DNA of 64,000 bases from an uncultured virus (IMG/VR IMGVR_UViG_3300037147_000124) (lineage: Duplodnaviria > Heunggongvirae > Uroviricota > Caudoviricetes): positions 1 to 64,000 of the IMG/VR virus record IMGVR_UViG_3300037147_000124. One strand, written 5' to 3'. Made by a program: the position numbers and the translations under genes. Shown piece after piece: positions 29,530 to 36,544 of the stretch (within the stretch, counting starts at the first letter, position 1; the number at the start of each line of letters is the position of its first letter). The notes beneath the pieces were generated by a model that saw only the letters and a list, made by a program, of their open reading frames with translations, did not search any database and was not told where the DNA came from.

Positions 29530-29555
29530 AAAAGCCCCGGGGTTAGCCGGGGCTC
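29530..29555 (-). terminator. intrinsic terminator
   Basis: GC-rich AGCCCCGG/CCGGGGCT stem followed by a T run. Confidence 0.65.
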
Positions 29556-29570
29556 AGGTGAACTACTTAG
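29553..29570 (-). promoter_or_regulatory. class I motif copy (CTAAGTAGTTCACCTGAG)
   Basis: First 14 bp identical to the copy at 13386-13403. Confidence 0.65.
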
Positions 29571-29576
29571 GCCTGG

Positions 29577-29849
29577 TCACCCAGGCTCAGTAGTAGGTGG
29601 CAGGATCCTTGGCGATGGTTGGCGCTTGGATGCTGCCTTGTCGGTCGTGCCTGCCTCTTTGTAGGCCTTGCACTGTTGGACAAACTCAATGATGGATCGA
29701 ATGTTGGCCTGCGTACAGCGCACGCTCCCCATCACGTAAGACTCGATGTTGGTCATGCGGTCCATCGAACCCATCTCAGCGAGCGCCCCTTCCAAACGAA
29801 GGGACGCTGCTTCAAGCTCTTCAGACATCTTGACCAGGTTGACTGCCAT
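29577..29849 (-). CDS. hypothetical protein
   Basis: TAATG coupling. Confidence 0.6.
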   Translation of the reverse strand: MAVNLVKMSEELEAASLRLEGALAEMGSMDRMTNIESYVMGSVRCTQANIRSIIEFVQQCKAYKEAGTTDKAASKRQPSPRILPPTTEPG

Positions 29850-30472
29850 TAGGCCGCAACCTCTTCTGGCATCAGCTCAGACGCCGGTGCGCTCTTGCCA
29901 CAGCACGCATCGCCGCAGCCCTCGGAGCAGCCACCGTCACCGCAACACGGTTTGGGGCAGTCCTCGGAGCTGGCGGTGAACGCGCCGGCAAACTCACCTT
30001 CGAGATCCAGGGCCTGATCCTCGGGCACGATTGTGCTCGGATCGATGCCGCGTTCCTTGAGCTTCTCGACTTCCATCAATGCCTGCTGTTCGAGAGCAAA
30101 CTCTCCGATCAGGGCGGTGACGGCATTGTTGAACTCTTCCTCGGACTCGGGCTTGGCCGGGTCCAGGTTGACCAGGCGGGTGCAAGCGGACTTGAGCGCG
30201 CGGATGATCATGTTGGTCTGCTGTTCCAGGCCATTGATCTGGTTGAGAATGGCATCGCTGACCACCTCGTGAGCCTCGGGCTCGACCGTTACCTTGCAGC
30301 CAACGAACCGGCCATCAGTTGCGGTGATGTTCTCAAGCATCTCGTTCGCTGCCTTGCGGGCCGCTGCACGGTTGCCAATGGTCAGAGCGGGCGGCTGAAA
30401 GGTGCTCACCTTGCCGTCCTTGACAACCTTGGCAATGAATGTCCAACGGCGAATCTTGTTCTGTACTGACAT
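29849..30472 (-). CDS. hypothetical protein with Cys-rich acidic tail
   Basis: AGGAGG RBS; tail CPKPCC...CSEGC..ACC. Confidence 0.75.
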   Translation of the reverse strand: MSVQNKIRRWTFIAKVVKDGKVSTFQPPALTIGNRAAARKAANEMLENITATDGRFVGCKVTVEPEAHEVVSDAILNQINGLEQQTNMIIRALKSACTRLVNLDPAKPESEEEFNNAVTALIGEFALEQQALMEVEKLKERGIDPSTIVPEDQALDLEGEFAGAFTASSEDCPKPCCGDGGCSEGCGDACCGKSAPASELMPEEVAA

Positions 30473-30501
30473 GAATCCTCCTGAGGCGTGCTCAGATCTG
30501 G

Positions 30502-30960
30502 TTAGGCCTTATCAGGCGGGCAATTGGTGAGAAACAGGACGACTTCAGTGCAGCGTCGCTTCAGCAGGCCGCGTATAACCTTGAGGCCGGCATGGCACCA
30601 GCTGTGCATCTCATACGCTGCTTCAGTAAAGCGTCCCGCCTTCAGCAGGCGCAGCAGCGTTGAGGTAGCGAAGGCCTCCGTGCCATCGTTGTAGATCCAG
30701 TCCACCAGAGAGTCATACTGCTCCTGGTGAATGGATACAGAGGTCAGAACCAAGGTGTCGACGGCGTGCTCTGCATAGCCAACGTCCGTGACCAGTAGCT
30801 CCGCACCCTCGGGCTGTTCAATTCCATTCGGGTAAGATTCACCGGGAAGTAGGTCGTGACCGTAGCCAATGGACATCTTGCCCTTGGCGTCCGGTGTAGC
30901 GAAGCGCTTGAATCCTTCGTTGCCTTGGATCAGTGCGAATCCTGCAGGTGACGTTTTCAT
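30502..30960 (-). CDS. GH24 lysozyme (endolysin)
   Basis: NEG...D...SIGYGH, QEQYDSLV, STLLRLL, GLLKRR. Confidence 0.9.
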   Translation of the reverse strand: MKTSPAGFALIQGNEGFKRFATPDAKGKMSIGYGHDLLPGESYPNGIEQPEGAELLVTDVGYAEHAVDTLVLTSVSIHQEQYDSLVDWIYNDGTEAFATSTLLRLLKAGRFTEAAYEMHSWCHAGLKVIRGLLKRRCTEVVLFLTNCPPDKA

Positions 30961-30966
30961 GGTCCC

Positions 30967-30995
30967 AGCATGCAGCGCCAGGTGAATGTACCAAA
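30967..30995 (-). promoter_or_regulatory. class II promoter TTTGGTAC-N15-CATGCT (leaderless lysozyme mRNA)
   Basis: ATG 6 nt after the -10-like hexamer; preceded by hairpin GCCGGGG-TGAAAG-CCCCGGC. Confidence 0.65.
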
Positions 30996-31479
30996 GGCCG
31001 GGGCTTTCACCCCGGCTCCTGGCTGAGGAGTTCATTAGCGGCTCTTCATAAGCGTACCTCCGTTGGCAAGCGTGCCAACTACCGGTTTCATGGACGGGAC
31101 CGGCTCCCGACCTGCACTCGTGATCTCTCGTCCGAACATGCAGGGTGATTCCACACAGACTGGTGGCGATGAAACTGAATGCGGTCGACACGCTATCCGT
31201 GATGCGACCAGTCCGCTTACTCTTTGTTACCTGTGTCTCCACTTGCTTCGCTGGTCATCATTTGAAGTGGCGACCAGGGTCCAATTCCCTGTGCCAAATC
31301 TTCGATGCGAAGGGCATACGGCCAGTGTGGCCGTAACAGGTTCCGAACGAAGCGTAACCGGAACCGTCCCCAACTTCATTGTGTCCGTGATGTCCCACCG
31401 GTCCCACACCGCGAGTGCGAGTGCGAGCAGGAACCACAGACAGAGATCAATCAGGCGCATGAATACCCCGATCCACCAG

Positions 31480-31788
31480 TTAGGCCTTGCGGTGAGCCTT
31501 GTTCGCAGCCTTGCGGCGGTTGCCGCGCGAGCGTTGCGAAACCTTGGACTTGCCGTTGGTGCATTTGAACTGACGTGGACGGCCGCCGCCGCCGGACGGC
31601 GTTGCAGCCTCGATGGATGGCATGCCGGCGCCAAGCGAACTGGCGAGGGCGGTGAGTACAGCAGCTGAGTTCATGTCGTCTTCTTTCTTGAGTTCGATGA
31701 CGCGTTGAGATGCTTCCAGAATGCCTGGCAGGAGGGTGCCAACCAAAGCTGCATTGGTAGCCACCAGGACGCGCCGTTTGGTATCCAA
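31480..31788 (-). CDS. hypothetical protein with basic C-terminus
   Basis: ORF downstream of a class I motif. Confidence 0.6.
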   Translation of the reverse strand: MDTKRRVLVATNAALVGTLLPGILEASQRVIELKKEDDMNSAAVLTALASSLGAGMPSIEAATPSGGGGRPRQFKCTNGKSKVSQRSRGNRRKAANKAHRKA

Positions 31789-31833
31789 AATGACCCTTCC
31801 TGACCCGCTGGTTACCGGGTTGAGACAAGTTTG

Positions 31834-31843
31834 CCTATACTAG
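31834..31843 (+). promoter_or_regulatory. class III motif CCTATACTAG, antisense to local genes
   Basis: Identical to three copies upstream of late genes. Confidence 0.5.
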
Positions 31844-31855
31844 AGCGGGAAAACA

Positions 31856-31873
31856 GTAGGGTGAAAACCGTAG
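31856..31873 (-). promoter_or_regulatory. class I motif copy (CTACGGTTTTCACCCTAC)
   Basis: recurring motif. Confidence 0.6.
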
Positions 31874-31956
31874 TTCCACTCCAAAAGCTCCAGTGGAGGG
31901 TAGGGGAACATGCCATTCCCCACCCTCCGCATGGACAAAGTCGAACCTTAGCTCGA

Positions 31957-32352
31957 CTACGCTGCCTGCTCACCCGAATTGGATGACGCCGCAGCCACCG
32001 CAACAGGTCCCTGAGGGGCCTTGCTGATGACTGTGATCGACTCCAGCCGGATGTTGCTGCCGTTGCCGCGCTTGCTGCTCTGCAGCACGCCCTTCGCACG
32101 CACAACGTCGCCCTTCGCAAGGGAGAGGAGCTGCTCGTGGATCAGCGGATCTGCGGACTGCACGTAACGGTCGAAACCAGGCTCGGCCTCGATCGGGATG
32201 CCAACGTACAGGCGGTCGAAGCGGTCCTTCACCGGCTCGCCGGCTGCCATCAGCACGCGGCCTTCGACAGTGGCCTCGACGTGCTTGTCCATCCCGATGC
32301 TGGTGCCCGATGAATCCTTCTGCTCGCGGTACACGGTCTTCGTTCCATACAT
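31957..32352 (-). CDS. possible OB-fold ssDNA/RNA-binding protein
   Basis: VEGRV...LAKGDVVRAKGVL strand pattern; AAGGAGG RBS. Confidence 0.5.
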   Translation of the reverse strand: MYGTKTVYREQKDSSGTSIGMDKHVEATVEGRVLMAAGEPVKDRFDRLYVGIPIEAEPGFDRYVQSADPLIHEQLLSLAKGDVVRAKGVLQSSKRGNGSNIRLESITVISKAPQGPVAVAAASSNSGEQAA

Positions 32353-32421
32353 AGAAAAGGCCCTCCTTGGGCCGGTTGTGTTCTCGTCAGTTGTGGGAAT
32401 ACCGCGTTGAAGCGGTCTCAG

Positions 32422-32751
32422 TTAGAGCTGAGCTGGATCGGGCTCGTGAATCTCGCCCAGGAACAGCATGGAGGCGCTGAATTGGCCTACCGTGCATTCC
32501 GAACAGTTACGGCCGCGATAGGCACGGCCGGTTTCTTCCCCGGAGCGACACAGAATGTCGTCGGTGTGAGACATCTTGTAGTGAGGGCAGGCCTTCTGGA
32601 TGAAGTCTCTGGTCTTGCCCGCTACGGCGCGGCGAAGCTGGGTGCCGGCGGTGAGATCACCCGTCAGTACAACCAGCCGGCCAAGGTCAGTCTGTGGATC
32701 CGTCAGCTCCCGAGGGAGCGTTTGGCGTGGCAGACGTGGCATTCCGTTCAT
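32422..32751 (-). CDS. Cys-containing hypothetical protein
   Basis: tiled ORF. Confidence 0.55.
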   Translation of the reverse strand: MNGMPRLPRQTLPRELTDPQTDLGRLVVLTGDLTAGTQLRRAVAGKTRDFIQKACPHYKMSHTDDILCRSGEETGRAYRGRNCSECTVGQFSASMLFLGEIHEPDPAQL

Positions 32752-33049
32752 TCGATACCTCTTCGTGGCTCTTCAGTTTCACTGCGTGAGGTTCGGTCCA
32801 TGCAATCATCCGCATGTCCAACTCAGAGAGGTCAAGGCAGCGCCCTTCGAAGGTCACATCGAAGATCACCAGGTCAGCAATGTCCTGCAGCTCTGGCTTC
32901 TTGATCCGGATGGTGACGTCGAGGTTGGCTGCGCACTCCACGATGGAGAGAGGCAGGGGAAAGTCCGGATTGCACAGCAGCTGGATAGTGATCCGGCCAG
33001 GTTGATCCGGATCACCACCGAGAAGAGCACTGGCATCCCAGGTCTTCAT
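32687..33049 (-). CDS. hypothetical protein
   Basis: TGATG coupling. Confidence 0.6.
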   Translation of the reverse strand: MKTWDASALLGGDPDQPGRITIQLLCNPDFPLPLSIVECAANLDVTIRIKKPELQDIADLVIFDVTFEGRCLDLSELDMRMIAWTEPHAVKLKSHEEVSNERNATSATPNAPSGADGSTD

Positions 33050-33528
33050 CAGGCTGCCTTATCCAGGGGCTCGAGGTACGACAGGCTGATGCGGAAAGCA
33101 TCGGCGATCTTGGTGAACGATCCCGGCTTGCTTTCCAGCACATCCGGGTCCGCCATTAGGTCGGTCCAGACGATCTCGAGAGCCTCCTTGTTGGAGTGAA
33201 TCCGCTTGGCCAGGGCCAGCATGGGGAATGGCGACAGCAGGTCGTTGACTTCGGTCTTGGCCTGCTCCATGGCGGTGTTGAAGCCGAGGTTCCGGGTGGA
33301 GACGAACAGTTCGTTCGCCCTGAACTGGATCAGGTACATCGAGACGATTGCCTTGGCCCGAGGGTCGATGATGATCTGCATGATGGCCGCCTTGATGGCG
33401 TCTTCGAAGTTGTCGGGATTGGCCTTGAGACGTTCAATGGTCTCGGTGATGACTTCCCCGATGTAACAGCTGCCGGTCACAACGCGGTCGACGGACTCGA
33501 AGATTCCGAGGGCTGAGGGTTTCGACAT
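33049..33528 (-). CDS. hypothetical protein
   Basis: GGAG RBS; strong codon bias. Confidence 0.7.
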   Translation of the reverse strand: MSKPSALGIFESVDRVVTGSCYIGEVITETIERLKANPDNFEDAIKAAIMQIIIDPRAKAIVSMYLIQFRANELFVSTRNLGFNTAMEQAKTEVNDLLSPFPMLALAKRIHSNKEALEIVWTDLMADPDVLESKPGSFTKIADAFRISLSYLEPLDKAA

Positions 33529-33744
33529 GATGAAGCTCCATGACCTGTTCGAGGTCAGTGCTGCAGGTTAGTAAACCGAGGTGGCGGAGACGGCCGCGTT
33601 GGTCGCGGTGTTGTTGGACTTCAGGAAGGCGGCGAGGATAAGCGCAGTGATGACCCCGGCGATTATCCGAACAAGGATCGAGGCGATGAACGTAGCCATG
33701 GACTGCTCCAGCTTGGATTTGACAACCGATGAATCTGAAACGGG

Positions 33745-33762
33745 ATAGGGTGAAACACTTAG
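33745..33762 (-). promoter_or_regulatory. class I motif copy (CTAAGTGTTTCACCCTAT)
   Basis: recurring motif. Confidence 0.65.
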
Positions 33763-33834
33763 AGACCCGACGCCGGGACAGGAAGGAGAATGGACCCATC
33801 CCGGCGCTCCAGCACACTGAGTGCGCTGGAAAAC

Positions 33835-34086
33835 TTAGCGCCGCTTGGCCTGCCGCTTCTGCGGCTTGCCGAACAGCACCTCGGAGACCGCCGCGTCGAA
33901 AGCGCGCGTGAAGGGCATGGTCTTGAGGGTGTGCTGCAGCTTGGGAGCCAAGCCTGGCAGCGCAGTGTGCGCGGAACGAACCACGGTGTTGCGACCAACA
34001 TCGGTGGTAGCCGCCGCAAGGTTGTGGACAAAGCCGTCACGAATCAGCTGACGGCCATCGGGGTTGAGGGTGGCAACATTGAGCAT
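33835..34086 (-). CDS. hypothetical protein
   Basis: GGAGG RBS. Confidence 0.65.
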   Translation of the reverse strand: MLNVATLNPDGRQLIRDGFVHNLAAATTDVGRNTVVRSAHTALPGLAPKLQHTLKTMPFTRAFDAAVSEVLFGKPQKRQAKRR

Positions 34087-34099
34087 GGAACTACCTCCG

Positions 34100-34415
34100 T
34101 GGGATAAACAACATCAGGTGAGTGGAGCAGGGCTCAACACTCAGAACTATGCGGCGTCAACACTAGGCTCGTAAGACAGTCGGCCAGCCCCGAAGGGCCC
34201 CGTAATGTCCGGAGAGGGTTTGCGTATGTAGCCGCTTCACATGCTGAATCTGACATCTTGCCGTGCCGTACCAGATCGGTAGTCCCGCCACAAGAACCGG
34301 CTCAAGTCCGGGTTATGACGGCCGCCTGGGCAGCGCTGTCGCTAGTCAAGATTCGAGGGACATATCTCGCCCTCATTGCAGGTGGAAAGGGTCGGGGTGA
34401 TTGGCTCACCCCTTG
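34100..34415 (-). ncRNA. candidate structured RNA A (contains duplicated motif, copy 1)
   Basis: No convincing ORF; hairpins GGGGTGA/TCACCCC, GAGGG/CCCTC and a C(UUCG)G loop; ~105-nt motif shared with 35273-35372. Confidence 0.55.
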
Positions 34416-34805
34416 AAGCCTTACAGCTTGGCCGGCGGCGTGGAACGCACCGGATTGACCACAACAGGCTTGGGGCCTGTGTAGTCCGTCCCGTACTCAC
34501 GACGGAACGAGGTTGGCATACAGCCAGCCAGCATGGTGCGCTGACTGGTCTCAAGCCGCCGCGCAAAACCTGCGGTGGCGCAACGGGGCGTAACTGCATG
34601 ACGAACAGCTGCCATGGCAATCTCCTTGAAGCGTTGAATTGTGGGTGGGCGTTACAGGATTGAAACTACCGGCTCTGCCAGGGCAGGACCGGGATGTCGG
34701 GGAAGTCGTTGATCAGCTCTTCGATTGAGCCAACGTAGCGATGAAGCCGGCCGCCACAGAGGACGGCCAGCTCACCAGCAGGCGACATGAATGCCGCGGT
34801 GGCCA

Positions 34806-35228
34806 CTAGAACCGAACCCAGTGAGGACGGATCGTGCTGTCAGCACTGAGGAATTCCTCATGGAATGAACCACCGAAGCGGCAGGTGATGGCATAGTCCA
34901 CGAACTCCTTGGCCTCTCGAAGCGAGGCTGTCGGAACGATCCGGCGAACGTGCTTGATAGCCACGATCTTGTTATGCCGCATACTGTCGAAGGTCTGGAT
35001 GAAGATGGCCAGGCTCTTCTGCGCATCCGAGGTCAGCGCTTCCAGCGGATTGCCGGGAAAGACGGCAGGCGGAGGAGTGGGAAAGCCGAGCATGAGGTTC
35101 TGAGCGAACGCCATGGTGGAACGAGCTTGGGGCTCGTCGAGACCCTCGACTGTGAGGTCGAAGTGCGAGGGCGCACCGGCCGGAGCGAAAGGCGCTTCCG
35201 ACCGAGAGAGGTGAATTGAACCGAGCAT
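34806..35228 (-). CDS. protein with ribosomal protein L7/L12 C-terminal-like domain
   Basis: KIVAIKHVRRIVPTASLREAKEFVD. Confidence 0.65.
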   Translation of the reverse strand: MLGSIHLSRSEAPFAPAGAPSHFDLTVEGLDEPQARSTMAFAQNLMLGFPTPPPAVFPGNPLEALTSDAQKSLAIFIQTFDSMRHNKIVAIKHVRRIVPTASLREAKEFVDYAITCRFGGSFHEEFLSADSTIRPHWVRF

Positions 35229-35272
35229 GGATGCTCTCCTTGTTGCAGGGTGTTGAAACAAACGGTGGTGCA

Positions 35273-35372
35273 GTGAGCGGAGCCAGGCTCAACGCTCGAA
35301 ACTTGCGGCCCTGTACCCGACAGGGCCTGCAGTGGTGCGACCGCGGGCGTCAGAGATACACCCAGGGTTTGC
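35273..35372 (-). ncRNA. candidate structured leader RNA B (duplicated motif, copy 2)
   Basis: Stem GAGCG/CGCTC covaries with GAGTG/CACTC in copy 1. Confidence 0.55.
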
Positions 35373-35420
35373 TACGTGGAGAATCAGTAGAAAGGTTGGA
35401 GGATGGGGGTAGAGAAACCC

Positions 35421-35438
35421 ATCGGGTGAAACTCTTAG
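35421..35438 (-). promoter_or_regulatory. class I motif copy (CTAAGAGTTTCACCCGAT)
   Basis: recurring motif. Confidence 0.65.
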
Positions 35439-35722
35439 GCGTGGGCACACTGTACGGCTTGAACGCCGTACTGCGTAATCACGAAGGCAGTCCAGGGCTT
35501 GACACGATCAAGAAGAGCCTGCAGCTGATCCCGGACAGCGAGATAGAAGGGGCCCATGCACAGCCTGAGTCCTTCAACAGCGGTGGCCTGAGCGTTGAGA
35601 TAATCTCCAAGCGCTTCATACTTCAGAGCTTCCTCGAAGTACAGCTCACCACGGGTCTTGGCCATCGACTTGATGGCCCTGCTAACGCAGAGCATGTGCT
35701 CTTCGGTTGGGGTGCGGTACAT
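35435..35722 (-). CDS. hypothetical protein
   Basis: AAGGAGG RBS before MYRTP. Confidence 0.65.
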   Translation of the reverse strand: MYRTPTEEHMLCVSRAIKSMAKTRGELYFEEALKYEALGDYLNAQATAVEGLRLCMGPFYLAVRDQLQALLDRVKPWTAFVITQYGVQAVQCAHA

Positions 35723-35771
35723 AGTCCCTCCTTTCAAGGGTGTAAACGCAAAAGTTCGGCGGCGTCAGAGA

Positions 35772-35954
35772 TCAAACGGAAGGAGCGAGGATCTCGTCTA
35801 CAAGAGCACGAAGCTCAGCTAAACGATCCTGGTTATTGTTCAACCAGGCAATGAAGACCTCTTCCTTCCACTGAGGGTCAGTCAGAGAACTGACTGGACC
35901 CTGAGTCGCTGATTCCGGTATACCCAACTGCTCGTTGGTGGGTTCGATCTGCAT
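35772..35954 (-). CDS. hypothetical protein
   Basis: GGAGG RBS before MQIEP. Confidence 0.6.
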   Translation of the reverse strand: MQIEPTNEQLGIPESATQGPVSSLTDPQWKEEVFIAWLNNNQDRLAELRALVDEILAPSV

Positions 35955-36229
35955 ACTGCCTCCGTTCAAAGCTTGAGTGGGGCTGTGAGTACAGCCCATA
36001 AGGGATAGCCCTTAGGGTGATTGCTATATATAGATAGGCACTGAATCCACAACGGACTATCTGCAGGTTGTCTTACACCATGCATGTTATAGCTGTAATT
36101 GGGCTTACACTGCCTTTATGGGCACAGACCAGGTCTCTCCGTCCTATCAGACATCAGGAAGCTCACGCGTGCGCGCGCTCCAAAGCTCTGCTAAGCAGGC
36201 TAACCTGCTGATCTGGCTATGGTTATGCT

Positions 36230-36530
36230 GTGATCCTGTGGAGTGGGCTCTGAATGCCTGTTGCGCTAGCACTACTGCATAGCTGAGCATGCTCCAAAGA
36301 GCCCGCCTCTCGGCATCCGCCTGTGCGGATGCGAGATGCTGGCGGAGGAGCGACCCCCGGAGGGGTGGCGACTACATGTCAGTGCGACCTGTGAGTTCAC
36401 GTTGGACGCCCAGGTTTCCCCGGTCAACGCCCAGCGCTACTGTCACAGACACTGCGCTTGGAGCGGTATGCGCTCCCTCAGCCACAGGATTGTCCTGCAG
36501 CTGAGGCAGAGCGTACTGCTCTGCCCTTGA
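36230..36530 (-). ncRNA. candidate multi-helix RNA C directly downstream of the polymerase gene
   Basis: 9-bp closing helix ATCCTGTGG/CCACAGGAT enclosing five or more stems, with GAAA and UCCG tetraloops. Confidence 0.65.
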
Positions 36531-36544
36531 ATCAGGTGGTGCGA

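Noticed and set aside
30961..31242. 93-aa N-terminal extension of the lysozyme shown in the ORF track
   Set aside because: The frame crosses a terminator hairpin and a promoter; lysozyme similarity starts at MKTS (30960).
31777..31806. TTTGGTAT as a class II promoter
   Set aside because: No nAnnnT hexamer at 15-16 nt; it lies antisense within a gene start.
31893..31935. H-type pseudoknot between loop CATGC and downstream GCATG
   Set aside because: There is no linker to span the ~13-bp stem, so it is sterically implausible.
34215..35372. c-di-GMP-I riboswitch, suggested by GCAAACC
   Set aside because: The GAAA-capped P2 and the GACGCAAAGC junction are absent in both copies.
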